DNA from: a bacterium
Lineage (GTDB): Bacteria; Patescibacteriota; Patescibacteriia; Patescibacteriales; UBA12465
Length of the DNA: 64,000 nucleotides
Assembly (NCBI GenBank): GCA_035402985.1
Contig: DAONEH010000001.1
Span: 3,123-67,122, forward strand
Direction of reading: 5' to 3'
In this document: in pieces, positions 10,108-19,494 of the stretch
Numbering within the stretch: the stretch's first letter is position 1
Layout: the number at the start of each line of letters is the position of its first letter
Made by a program: the position numbers and the translations under genes
The notes under the pieces: generated by a model
The model's database searches: none
What the model saw: the letters and a program-made list of their open reading frames with translations, nothing else
Told to the model about the DNA's origin: nothing

Positions 10108-11289
10108 TTAGCGTAAATAAATCTGCCAAGTTTTAAAAGCGCAATCCCACCAACTAAATTTTTTATGATGAGATTCTCCGGCTATTATTAATTTCTCTCG
10201 TAATTTATTATCATTTAAAATTAATTTTAATTTATCAAGAAAATCAGCTTTGTTTTGAGGATCAAAATAACAAGCTGCTTCCCCTAATATTTCTGGCATA
10301 CTACTAATATTAGAACTTAATACTGGACAACCCTTAGCCATAGCTTCAAGTGGTGGTAAACCAAAACCTTCATATAAAGATGGAAAAACATAAACCAAAG
10401 CTTTTTTATAAAAAATTTCTAGTTTATCATCTGGAACATAACCTGAAAAAATTATTGGATTTTCCGAACAATCAACAAAATAATCATTAGCAAATTTTTT
10501 TAAATTTTTATAAAAATAATCTTCTTTCCCTACTAGCACTAAACGTAAATCATTATTTTCTTTATAAATATCTTTAAAGCTTGAAATTAAAAATTCTAAA
10601 TTTTTATGAGGATAAGCATTACCAACATATAATAAAAAAGGATGATCAATATTATAATCTTTTAATACTTCATTATTATCTAATTTAGCCACAAATAAAG
10701 AATCCCGACCCTTGGCTAAATTAGCTACTCCCTCATAAATAACTTCAATTTTTTGTGGATTAATTTTAAATTGTTCAACAATATCATTTTTAGTAAACTC
10801 TGACACAGTTAAAACTTTTTGTGATTTTTTTAAGGCCCGATTTATTATAATTCTATAAGCGATATTTTTAAGTTTATAAATAAAAGGATGTAGAGTTGTA
10901 GCTCGAATTGTTTTAAACTTAGTTAAAATTAAATCATGCACCGTAACAATAAATTTAGTTGGTACAAAAAATGGTACATTAAAATGCGGAAAATGAATTA
11001 AATCTAATTTTTCCCGCCAAATAAAAAAAGGCATAACTAATTGTTCTTTTAAAGTATACCACTGAACATCAGCCAATACTTTCTTAACATTAGTTTGATT
11101 TTCAATAATAAGCTCGTCAAAATTATTTTTTCTTAAAAAAATAATATACTCATTATAATCATCTAGTTTAATAACATTGTCTACTATTTCTTGAATATAA
11201 CGACCTAAACCCTTACCAACGGGACCATAAAAACGAGCATCAATACCTATTCTTCTTTTTTTATTAGTATCCATGTATTTTTTAACCAA
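10108..11289 (-). CDS. Glycosyltransferase family 1 (GT4-type)
   Basis: [21 protein letters not shown] is the GT1/GT4 nucleotide-sugar binding motif. It overlaps the upstream gene by 8 nt. Confidence 0.85.
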   Translation of the reverse strand: MVKKYMDTNKKRRIGIDARFYGPVGKGLGRYIQEIVDNVIKLDDYNEYIIFLRKNNFDELIIENQTNVKKVLADVQWYTLKEQLVMPFFIWREKLDLIHFPHFNVPFFVPTKFIVTVHDLILTKFKTIRATTLHPFIYKLKNIAYRIIINRALKKSQKVLTVSEFTKNDIVEQFKINPQKIEVIYEGVANLAKGRDSLFVAKLDNNEVLKDYNIDHPFLLYVGNAYPHKNLEFLISSFKDIYKENNDLRLVLVGKEDYFYKNLKKFANDYFVDCSENPIIFSGYVPDDKLEIFYKKALVYVFPSLYEGFGLPPLEAMAKGCPVLSSNISSMPEILGEAACYFDPQNKADFLDKLKLILNDNKLREKLIIAGESHHKKFSWWDCAFKTWQIYLR

Positions 11290-12745
11290 AAGGTAAATTA
11301 GAAGGAGGAGTTTTTTTAACTGAGTGGTGTTGAGAGTTAGAAATATTTTGGTCAGAATTATTTTTATTTATTTGTTTTTTTTCAACAGCAATTTCTTTTA
11401 AAAATTCCTCTTTTAATGCTTCCGGTCCAGTAGTAACATCATCAACAGCTAAATTGGCCGGCGGTTTATATCTCTTGGCAGCGGTCTTTTGAATTAACGG
11501 AGCATTAGCCATAGCTTCAATTGGAAAATGCCACAAGGTAGCCAATTCTTCAACATTTAATAAAAAAGGAGAAGAGCCAGCAAAATCATCACGATTAATA
11601 TAATTAGTAATAATATTATTTTTCTTTCTTAATAATTCCCTGTCTTTATTAAAATAAATAGCCTTAGTCATAACCCGAGCATCAGGTTTAAAACTATTTA
11701 AATCTAAAGCCGAAAATTGTTTAATATAACCAACAAAACCACTCGGAACTTTAGATTTATTCATAACTTCTTTTTTTGATAAGTATACTACCCTAATTTT
11801 ACACAAAAAACCTAGTTTTGATGATTTGTTTTCGATTCCCTCGATTCGTTTTTTTTGTTTAGGAGTAAGTTCCATCATCGATAACTTTTTAAATTCATCT
11901 TTTTTACTATCTTCAATATCACCCCAAATACTATAAATCTGCTCACTTAAAAAAGTAATACCTTCAACAATTGTATCTATTATTTTATTAGCTAGGGTTG
12001 ATTCTGGTTTTTTACCTAATATTTTATCAATTTCACCTTTACCATCATCTACCCAATCAAAACCAGTTGGAATAACAATTATCTGATACAATAAATTTTC
12101 TCCTCGTTTTAAACTACTACATAATTCCATTAATTCCGCCATCGGATCCCTAAAAACAGTTTCATCTGGCCCTAAACGATGTTCAAATTCTTCATAAGTT
12201 CTAATAGGATACATATAATGAGCTGAGGGTATAAATTCTGAACCCCAAATATCATATTCTTCATCAGGAAATTTTTTAGGAAAATCTTCACAATAATCAT
12301 CAACTTCCATAATTTCAGCATCAGGGTATTGTGAATAAATAGCTGATTCTACTAAATTTACAAATTGGGTTGGAGTTCTTATTATAAATTGAGTATAACC
12401 ATCTAAACTTGCTATTTCAAAACTAAAAGATAATTGATATTCACCACTAAACCATTTATCAAAAAAATTTTGGGTACCATGGGCTCCAGCAATATAGGCA
12501 AAAAAATTCTCAATCGCTTTAGGTGATTGAATATTACCTCGAGGAACATCTATAGCTAAAAAAGTAAATTTTATATTTTTACTCCATTTAGCTCTAATAT
12601 GTTTTAACCAAATAACTTTAACCCCAGCTAAAAACATAATACCTAAAATAACCCAACCAAAAGTAGCTAAAAAACGCCACAACATCATATCGGGAGCTAA
12701 ATTAAAAAAATTTTGAATAGGGGCAAAATTAATAACAATATCCAT
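11282..12745 (-). CDS. Hypothetical membrane protein (487 aa, two N-terminal TM helices)
   Basis: I recognise no family. N-terminal TM segments are present (WRFLATFGWVILGIMFLAGV). It is translationally coupled to the GT1. Confidence 0.55.
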   Translation of the reverse strand: MDIVINFAPIQNFFNLAPDMMLWRFLATFGWVILGIMFLAGVKVIWLKHIRAKWSKNIKFTFLAIDVPRGNIQSPKAIENFFAYIAGAHGTQNFFDKWFSGEYQLSFSFEIASLDGYTQFIIRTPTQFVNLVESAIYSQYPDAEIMEVDDYCEDFPKKFPDEEYDIWGSEFIPSAHYMYPIRTYEEFEHRLGPDETVFRDPMAELMELCSSLKRGENLLYQIIVIPTGFDWVDDGKGEIDKILGKKPESTLANKIIDTIVEGITFLSEQIYSIWGDIEDSKKDEFKKLSMMELTPKQKKRIEGIENKSSKLGFLCKIRVVYLSKKEVMNKSKVPSGFVGYIKQFSALDLNSFKPDARVMTKAIYFNKDRELLRKKNNIITNYINRDDFAGSSPFLLNVEELATLWHFPIEAMANAPLIQKTAAKRYKPPANLAVDDVTTGPEALKEEFLKEIAVEKKQINKNNSDQNISNSQHHSVKKTPPSNLPFG

Positions 12746-12832
12746 AAAAAAATAACAAGAATTAACTTTCTATATTTTAACATAATTTTTTATTAAAATC
12801 AAAGTAATTCTAGACTATTATTCTTTAAATAA

Positions 12833-12871
12833 TAAAAAAAAGACACCTATTTATTAGGTGCCTTTTTTTAT
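12833..12871 (-). terminator. Rho-independent terminator-like hairpin
   Basis: aaaaaaagacacctatttattaggtgcctttttttat is a stem (cacct/aggtg extended) flanked by an A-run and a T-run. It lies just downstream of the 12884-13909 gene on the minus strand. Confidence 0.45.
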
Positions 12872-12883
12872 ATAAAAATAAGA

Positions 12884-13909
12884 TTATTTTTGCCATTCTT
12901 TTAAACCATAAACTCCTCGGTCAACTAAGACATAACGATCATCTAAAATTAACTCATTATGAACTGATCCCTTACTAATACTCTTTTTATCAAAACCAAT
13001 TTTATTTATTTTTTCAGCAATTTCAGAAAAATGTAAAGGTTTCTTTTCCTCTTTTAAAACTAAAAATATTTTGTCAGCAATTCTTTTAGGCTTTATTTCC
13101 GAAGAATCACTATTTCCCCATAAACCAAATTTATTAGGATTTAAATCTTTAGAAGCTTGCATAAAAGAATAAAATTGTTTATTACGATCAATAACATCAG
13201 CCCATTCTGGGAAAGATTCATCTTTAAAAATTTCTTTTAAATTTAAATTATCATTAGTTTTAATTACTTTATTTTTATACTCAGAAAAAGATTTTAAATT
13301 TTTAGCCATATCAACTAATTCATCAAAAGAAAAAGTCTTTTTTAATTCTCTAACCTTATCCCTTAATTCATCAACTAAGTCTTCAAGATAATCAATGGCT
13401 TGATCTTTCAATTTAAAGAAAGAATTAAATTTATCAGACTTATCAACTTTTTCTACAAAATCATCTAATAATTCAGTTAGAATAAAATCTAAATAATTTT
13501 TATAAATATTTTTATCAAAATTAGAACCTTGACTATCAGCTTTAAAATATAGAACAGTTAAAATATCTAATAAAAAATTCTTTTCCATTACTCCCCCATG
13601 TTCTTTTAAAAGCTCCGACACCACTTTTCTAACTGTATCAAGACGACTATTAATATCATCAATTTTTTTAATTTTTCTTAAAGAAGCTTTTTCGATTTGT
13701 CTAATTCTTTCTCTGGTTAAATTATGTAATTTACCGATTTCTTCTAGGGTTTGAGAATCAACACTATGCAAAGCAAAACGACGAGCTAAAACGTCTTTTT
13801 CTCGATCTTGTAATTCATTAAATAAAGAATTAACTATCTTAACAGCATTTAAATTAGCTAATTCTTGTTCTTTTTTCTCTTTTAATAATTTTGGCAATAA
13901 ATTTTCCAT
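12884..13909 (-). CDS. Sigma-70 region-4 domain protein with C-terminal HARE-HTH-like winged helix
   Basis: The N-terminus (EKDVLARRFALHSVDSQTLEEIGKLHNLTRERIRQIEKASLRKIKK) is a textbook sigma-70 region 4 HTH. The C-terminus (LHFSEIAEKINKIGF...VHNELILDDRYVLVDRGVYGLKEW) resembles the HARE-HTH / RNAP delta-subunit N-terminal domain. The middle is acidic and coiled. Confidence 0.55.
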   Translation of the reverse strand: MENLLPKLLKEKKEQELANLNAVKIVNSLFNELQDREKDVLARRFALHSVDSQTLEEIGKLHNLTRERIRQIEKASLRKIKKIDDINSRLDTVRKVVSELLKEHGGVMEKNFLLDILTVLYFKADSQGSNFDKNIYKNYLDFILTELLDDFVEKVDKSDKFNSFFKLKDQAIDYLEDLVDELRDKVRELKKTFSFDELVDMAKNLKSFSEYKNKVIKTNDNLNLKEIFKDESFPEWADVIDRNKQFYSFMQASKDLNPNKFGLWGNSDSSEIKPKRIADKIFLVLKEEKKPLHFSEIAEKINKIGFDKKSISKGSVHNELILDDRYVLVDRGVYGLKEWQK

Positions 13910-13956
13910 ATATAAATTATATTAAACTTAATATGTACATATAAACATATTTTAAT

Positions 13957-15006
13957 TTATAAGTCAAGACCTTTCATAAAAGTTTCTATTTTAGTAATTA
14001 TTTCCCTATTTATCGATAAATTAGTATTATTTTCTTTAATTTGAGAACGTATTTTTTTAAAATTATTTAATGATTGTTTTTCAAAAAGAAAACCATAAAT
14101 ATACAAAAAAATCAACCTAAATTTAGTACTAAATCGAACTACAAAAGAAAAAGGTATCTTTTTAATTTTATATAAGATAATAAGTTGATTTAAAAAAGAT
14201 CGACTATTAGATATTTTCTTTTCTTTATCAAAAATTTTTTTAAAAATATTTTTTTTACTTAAAGTCCGATCATGATACATAATTGCTTCAGGTAAAAAAA
14301 TAATCTTCTTTCCAGCTAATTGTAAACGATATGATAAATCAATATCTTCTTTATACATAAACATTAATTCATCAAAAAATTCTAAATAATCACCTACTAA
14401 ATTAGCTGATATAAGTATTTGAGATAAATTAAATAAAGCTCCGGCTCCAGTAAAACCAAATACTTCTCTATTATTTTCAACTAAGTATTGTAATTGTTTT
14501 TTGCCTTGGCCTAAATCAAAAAAATGATGAAACTTATTTAGACCAAGACCATAGCTATCAATAATATCAGTTTTTTTATTAAGATTAAAATTCCAATATA
14601 ATATTTTAGGAACCCATACGGCGATATTATTATCTAATTTATGGGCCATAATTAATTTTTCTAAAAACAAATCATCAAAGACAACATCAGGATTAATAAC
14701 TAAAAATAAATCCGACTTATTTTGTAATGACCAATTAAGCATTAAGTTATAAGCCTTAGCAAAACCTAAATTAGACGATGATCGCCAAATTTTGTAATCA
14801 TATTTTTTATCACTAAAAGCATTAGATAAAAAATCAAAATTACCAGTAAAAGAAGTATCACTATTATCAACTATTAAAATATCTATATCCAAATCAACTA
14901 AATTACTTTTAGCTTGATTAATAGTTGAAAATAAACTAGGTAAAAAAAATGGTAGATATTTTAAACTATTATTATTATAAGTTATGAAAGCAATTGAAAG
15001 TTTCAT
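13957..15006 (-). CDS. Glycosyltransferase family 2
   Basis: The N-terminal GT-A region (SIAFITYNN...ILIVDNSDTS...VINPDVVFDD) is typical of GT2 rhamnosyl/glycosyl transferases. Confidence 0.7.
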   Translation of the reverse strand: MKLSIAFITYNNNSLKYLPFFLPSLFSTINQAKSNLVDLDIDILIVDNSDTSFTGNFDFLSNAFSDKKYDYKIWRSSSNLGFAKAYNLMLNWSLQNKSDLFLVINPDVVFDDLFLEKLIMAHKLDNNIAVWVPKILYWNFNLNKKTDIIDSYGLGLNKFHHFFDLGQGKKQLQYLVENNREVFGFTGAGALFNLSQILISANLVGDYLEFFDELMFMYKEDIDLSYRLQLAGKKIIFLPEAIMYHDRTLSKKNIFKKIFDKEKKISNSRSFLNQLIILYKIKKIPFSFVVRFSTKFRLIFLYIYGFLFEKQSLNNFKKIRSQIKENNTNLSINREIITKIETFMKGLDL

Positions 15007-15027
15007 ATATTAAAACCCAAATTAACA

Positions 15028-15050
15028 ATAAAGCGCCGTAGCGCTTTATT
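15028..15050 (-). terminator. Hairpin terminator after rpsI
   Basis: aaagcgccgtagcgcttt is a perfect 7-bp stem followed by tattg. Confidence 0.45.
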
Positions 15051-15066
15051 GAAGTATATATAGAGA

Positions 15067-15561
15067 TTAACGTTTGGACCATTGTGGAGATTTTCGAGCT
15101 TTCTTTAAACCCGGTTTCTTTCTTTCTTTTTGACGAGGATCTCGAGTTATATAACCACTAGTTTTTAAAATAGTTTTAAACTCAGGATCATATTTTACTA
15201 AAGCTCGAGCAATTCCATGTCTAACAGCTTCTAATTGACCTAAAACTCCACCACCCTTAACTATAATTGTAAAATTAAAGTCTTTTAATTTAGAAACAAC
15301 TTTTAATGGTTGTAAAATAATATTAAGATTTTCTTCTTTTTTAAAATAATTTTCTGCTGGAACATTATTAACTAAAATTTCACCATCACCTTTTTCAAAC
15401 ATTCTAATTTGAGCTACAGCTGTTTTTCGACGACCAATAGCTTTAATAAATTTAGCATTAGCCGAAATCTTTTTGCTTTCTTTTTTTTCTGTAGCTGGAG
15501 CTTCTTTGACAACTTCCTTTTTTGTAGTTGTTTTTTTAATAGTTTTTTTAGTATCGCTCAT
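15067..15561 (-). CDS. rpsI: 30S ribosomal protein S9 with Lys-rich N-terminal extension
   Basis: The C-terminus ...RDPRQKERKKPGLKKARKSPQWSKR is the S9 signature. An extra ~35 aa lies at the N-terminus. Confidence 0.9.
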   Translation of the reverse strand: MSDTKKTIKKTTTKKEVVKEAPATEKKESKKISANAKFIKAIGRRKTAVAQIRMFEKGDGEILVNNVPAENYFKKEENLNIILQPLKVVSKLKDFNFTIIVKGGGVLGQLEAVRHGIARALVKYDPEFKTILKTSGYITRDPRQKERKKPGLKKARKSPQWSKR

Positions 15562-15610
15562 TTTTATTTTAATTAATTAAATAATTAAGACAATTTAAAT
15601 TATTTAATTA

Positions 15611-15967
15611 TTATCTAATAATTAATCTTTTCATTAAATCATTACGCATTCTAGTTGGAGCTAACATCTCCTTAACCGCTCGACGTAATACCTCGGCTGG
15701 ATCAGATTTATAAACATCTCCCATTTTCTTTTCTTTTAGACTTCCGATGTATCCGGTAAAATGATAATATTTTTTTTGATCTAATTTTTTTCCAGTAAAT
15801 TTAACTCTACTAATATTTGAAACTTCAACCATATCACCTAAATCTAAATGTGGTTCAAACTCAGGTTTGTTTTTTCCTCTTAAAATATTAGCAATATTAG
15901 TAGCTAAACGACCAATAGTTTGATCCGTAGCGTCAATTTTATGCATTTTTCTTTCTATATTTTTCAT
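15611..15967 (-). CDS. rplM: 50S ribosomal protein L13
   Basis: TIGRLATNIANILRGK and YYHFTGYIG match the L13 core. The C-terminus is short. Confidence 0.9.
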   Translation of the reverse strand: MKNIERKMHKIDATDQTIGRLATNIANILRGKNKPEFEPHLDLGDMVEVSNISRVKFTGKKLDQKKYYHFTGYIGSLKEKKMGDVYKSDPAEVLRRAVKEMLAPTRMRNDLMKRLIIR

Positions 15968-15987
15968 ATATATTTATTTAATACTAA

Positions 15988-16338
15988 TTAAACTAATTCA
16001 ATTTGAACCATTTCTGCTCCATCCCCGACTCGATTTCCAATTTTTGTTATTCGACAATAACCACCAGAACGATCTTTATAACGATCACCTAAAACTTCCA
16101 TTAATTTTTTAACAGCTTTAGGCTGTAAAATAACTTTTAATAAACTACGACGAGCTGTTAAATCACCTTTCTTAGAAACAGATATAACCCTTTCTAATAA
16201 TGGTTTAACTGCTTTAGCTTTAGCTTTAGTAGTTGTAACTTTTTCGTAAATAATAATACTAGAAGCTAAATTTCTAAGCATCAATTCACGTGGTCCCTTT
16301 TTTCTATCTAAAGTTTTTACATTATTCTTATGTCTCAT
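15988..16338 (-). CDS. rplQ: 50S ribosomal protein L17
   Basis: MRHKNNVKTLDRKKGPRELMLRNLASSII..E.VTTT.AKAK is the L17 N-terminal signature. Confidence 0.9.
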   Translation of the reverse strand: MRHKNNVKTLDRKKGPRELMLRNLASSIIIYEKVTTTKAKAKAVKPLLERVISVSKKGDLTARRSLLKVILQPKAVKKLMEVLGDRYKDRSGGYCRITKIGNRVGDGAEMVQIELV

Positions 16339-16363
16339 ATTATTTATTTAATTAATATTTTCA

Positions 16364-17173
16364 TTATTTTTTTTCTTTAACTGTTTTAGTTGATTTCTTT
16401 TTGGTTTTAACTTCTTCTTCAACTTCTGCTTCTACTTCGACAGGAGTAACTTCCTCAGTATCAACTTTGTTTTTTTCATTTTTTAAAGTTAATAATGAAT
16501 TAAATTGATCAATTAATATTTGAACTGATTGATTGAAAGCATCTTCCACTGAAATAGTACCATCAGTTTTTATATCTAAAACTAATTTATCCCAATTAGT
16601 CATTTTACCAACACGAACATTTTCTACTTTATAATTTACTCCGATAACTGGAGTATAAATTGAATCAATTTCCATATAATCAACTTCTTTTCCATCTTTT
16701 TTATTTTTTTCTGGTAATGAATAACCGCGACCATTGGCTACATAAATTTCCATACCTAAACTACCAACTTGATCAGTAATAGTAGCTAAAACTAAATCAG
16801 GATTAACAATTTCAATTTGACTATCTTTTTTTATATCTTTAGCGGTTACTACTTTTTTACCTTGAACATTTAATTCTAATTTTAATACGTCTTCGGTATC
16901 ATTTAAAATCTTTATTTTTAATTGTTTTAAATTTAAAACAATATCTAAAACATCTTCTTTTATTCCTGGTAAAGCCATAAATTCATGTTTAGCTCCCTTA
17001 ATTTTAACACCAACAACAGCGGAGCCCGGTAAAGAAGATAATAATACTCGACGTAAAGCATTTCCAATAGTATTTCCATAGCCAGGATACAAAGGCTCAA
17101 CAATAACTAAGCTTTCGTTAATATTGCCATTTTGTTTAAATTCTATTTTTTTTGGCAAGGCTATTTTTTCCAT
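16364..17173 (-). CDS. rpoA: DNA-directed RNA polymerase alpha subunit (N-terminal domain only; no alpha-CTD)
   Basis: The RpoA NTD is recognisable (LEPLYPGYGNTIGNALRRVLLSSLPGSAV). The protein ends at 269 aa with a Glu/Lys-rich low-complexity tail, not the ~80-aa CTD. Confidence 0.85.
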   Translation of the reverse strand: MEKIALPKKIEFKQNGNINESLVIVEPLYPGYGNTIGNALRRVLLSSLPGSAVVGVKIKGAKHEFMALPGIKEDVLDIVLNLKQLKIKILNDTEDVLKLELNVQGKKVVTAKDIKKDSQIEIVNPDLVLATITDQVGSLGMEIYVANGRGYSLPEKNKKDGKEVDYMEIDSIYTPVIGVNYKVENVRVGKMTNWDKLVLDIKTDGTISVEDAFNQSVQILIDQFNSLLTLKNEKNKVDTEEVTPVEVEAEVEEEVKTKKKSTKTVKEKK

Positions 17174-17213
17174 ATTGTTTTTTTTATTAATAAATATTTA
17201 ATATAATAAATTA

Positions 17214-17849
17214 TTATTTTGAATAAAACTCAATAATCATATAAGTTTTAATATTTGAAGGTAGATCTTGTTGTTGTGGTTCATGTAAAACTTTAACTGA
17301 TAATTCTTTAGCATCTAATCCTAACCAACTTTTTTGTTCCGGAGCTAAAGTTTTTAATTTTTCTGGTAGATTAACAAAATATCTATTCTTCTTAGAACTT
17401 TTTTTAATCTTTATAATTTGACCACTTTTTACTTGATAAGAAGGAATATTAACAGTTCGATCATTTATTGAAAAATGTCCATGATTTACTAATTGTCGAG
17501 CTTGAGTACGAGAACCAGCCAAACCAGAACGATAAATAACATTATCTAAACGCATTTCTAAATATTTTATAAAATTGTTTCCGATATCTCCACCCTTCTT
17601 TTGTATTTTATCAAAAGATAATCTAAATTGCTTTTCAGTTATTCCATACATCTTTTTAGTTTTTTGTTTTTCATTTAATTGCAAACCATAATCGCTAGAT
17701 CTTTTTTTACCTTTAGGTCCATGGAATCCTGGTGGATAATTTCTTTTAACCATAGCACATTTTGGAGATGAACAACGTTCCCCTTTTAAAAATAATTTTT
17801 CTCCAATACGGCGACATTGCTTACATTTTGAATCTAATGTTTTTCCCAT
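17214..17849 (-). CDS. rpsD: 30S ribosomal protein S4
   Basis: Zn-ribbon CKQCRRIGEKLFLKGERCSSPKC and an S4 RNA-binding domain are present. Confidence 0.9.
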   Translation of the reverse strand: MGKTLDSKCKQCRRIGEKLFLKGERCSSPKCAMVKRNYPPGFHGPKGKKRSSDYGLQLNEKQKTKKMYGITEKQFRLSFDKIQKKGGDIGNNFIKYLEMRLDNVIYRSGLAGSRTQARQLVNHGHFSINDRTVNIPSYQVKSGQIIKIKKSSKKNRYFVNLPEKLKTLAPEQKSWLGLDAKELSVKVLHEPQQQDLPSNIKTYMIIEFYSK

Positions 17850-17869
17850 ATATATATTTTATTAATTGA

Positions 17870-18505
17870 TTAAACTCGACGAGGTTTTTTAGGACGACAA
17901 CCATTATGAGGAACACCGGTAGTATCTTTAATACTAGCAATTTCTAAACCATTAGCATTTAAAGCTCTAATAGCGGCTTCTCTACCAGTACCAACTCCAG
18001 CTACAAAAACCTTTACTTCCTCTAAACCATATTCTTCTTTAGCTTTTAAAACAGCAATTTTAGTAATTATTTGAGCAGCATACGGAGTTGCTTTTTTAGC
18101 ACCTTTAAAACCAGCCATACCCGCGCTAGCCCAAGAAATAACATTACCGCTTTTATCAGTTAAAGAGATAATAGTATTGTTATAAGTAGCATTAATATAG
18201 GCATGACCAGATTTTATTTTTATATTTTCCTTTTTCTTCTTTTTCTTTATTAATTTCTTTTTACTACGAGCTTGTTTATTTTTTTCTAATTTTTGTTTTA
18301 TTTCTTCTGGTAAATCTTCAATTTCATTTTTATTTTCATTTTTTAAATCATCATCAGAAAATAAATCATCATCGCTAGAATCAAAATCATCAGCTTCATC
18401 TACTAGAGCCATTTCATCTTTTTTATCCTCAGCTAAGGAATTATTTTTTTCATCCTTAACAATTTCTGTTTCAGGATTTGTTTTATCTTTTTTTTCTTCG
18501 GTCAT
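17870..18505 (-). CDS. rpsK: 30S ribosomal protein S11 with ~80-aa acidic/Lys-rich N-terminal extension
   Basis: The C-terminal 130 aa (...[14 protein letters not shown]...[16 protein letters not shown]) is S11. It is preceded by a D/E/K-rich low-complexity segment. Confidence 0.9.
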   Translation of the reverse strand: MTEEKKDKTNPETEIVKDEKNNSLAEDKKDEMALVDEADDFDSSDDDLFSDDDLKNENKNEIEDLPEEIKQKLEKNKQARSKKKLIKKKKKKENIKIKSGHAYINATYNNTIISLTDKSGNVISWASAGMAGFKGAKKATPYAAQIITKIAVLKAKEEYGLEEVKVFVAGVGTGREAAIRALNANGLEIASIKDTTGVPHNGCRPKKPRRV

Positions 18506-18543
18506 ATTTTAATTTTTAATATTTTATTATTGATAAATTAATT

Positions 18544-18939
18544 TTATGTCTTTTGAGCACCAGCTTTACTCTTACCAGAACCCATAGTAACTCTTTTATT
18601 ACCTCGAACAGTTCGACCATTAGTTTTAGTTCTTTGACCACGAACTGGTAAATGTTTAGTGTGACAAAAACCTTTTCGAGCACCAATTTCTTTATAACGT
18701 TTTATATTACTAGCTATTTCTCGACGTAAATCACCTTCAGTAATATATTTTTTTTCAATAATATCACGTAAAAGATTAGCTTCACTTTCTTTCAAATCTT
18801 TAACTCGAGTATCAGGATTAATTTTAGCTAAAGCTAAAATATCCTTGGAAAATTTAGGACCAATTCCATAAATATAAGTCAAAGCGGTTTCAACTCGCTT
18901 GTCATTTGGAATTGTGACTCCGGAAATTCTTACTATCAT
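18544..18939 (-). CDS. rpsM: 30S ribosomal protein S13
   Basis: [27 protein letters not shown] and a basic C-terminus are typical of S13. Confidence 0.9.
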   Translation of the reverse strand: MIVRISGVTIPNDKRVETALTYIYGIGPKFSKDILALAKINPDTRVKDLKESEANLLRDIIEKKYITEGDLRREIASNIKRYKEIGARKGFCHTKHLPVRGQRTKTNGRTVRGNKRVTMGSGKSKAGAQKT

Positions 18940-18966
18940 AAATGTTATATTTAAAATAATTTATAA

Positions 18967-19080
18967 TTAACCTTGTCTTTGCTTATGTTTAGGATTAGAA
19001 CAAATAACATAAACTCGCCCTTTGCGACGAACTATTTTACAATCTTTACAAATTTTTTTAGCACTAGATCTAACTTTCAT
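18967..19080 (-). CDS. rpmJ: 50S ribosomal protein L36 (37 aa; not in ORF track because it is short)
   Basis: The reverse-complement translation [37 protein letters not shown] is a near-canonical L36 zinc ribbon. It sits in the expected position between infA and rpsM. Confidence 0.85.
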   Translation of the reverse strand: MKVRSSAKKICKDCKIVRRKGRVYVICSNPKHKQRQG

Positions 19081-19155
19081 AAGTATTTTATAACAGTTAA
19101 AATTTAATTTTAAACTATTGTTTAATTAGCAAAATAAAAAATAACAAAATAAACT

Positions 19156-19401
19156 TTAAAGGCGAAAAGTTATTCGTCCTTTGCTTAAATCATAAGGACT
19201 CATTTGAACTTTAACCTTATCACCGGGTAAAAGTCTAATTTTATTCATTCTCATCTTGCCCGATAAATGACCCAAGATTTCATGACCGTTCTCTAATTTT
19301 ATTTTAAAATTAGCTGCGGGCATTAGTTCTAAGATTTCTCCTTTTAACTCAATAAAATCTTTGGAATCAATTATAGAATTTTCATCGTTGTTCATTAACA
19401 C
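19156..19401 (-). CDS. infA: Translation initiation factor IF-1
   Basis: It has an S1-like OB fold; [37 protein letters not shown] is conserved in IF-1. Confidence 0.9.
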   Translation of the reverse strand: MLMNNDENSIIDSKDFIELKGEILELMPAANFKIKLENGHEILGHLSGKMRMNKIRLLPGDKVKVQMSPYDLSKGRITFRL

Positions 19402-19494
19402 AAAAAAACTTGATAGAGATAAAAATCTATATCAAAATTTTTTAAAAATACAAAAAAATTAATATTCTTAAAATATTATAAGGTAATTATATAT

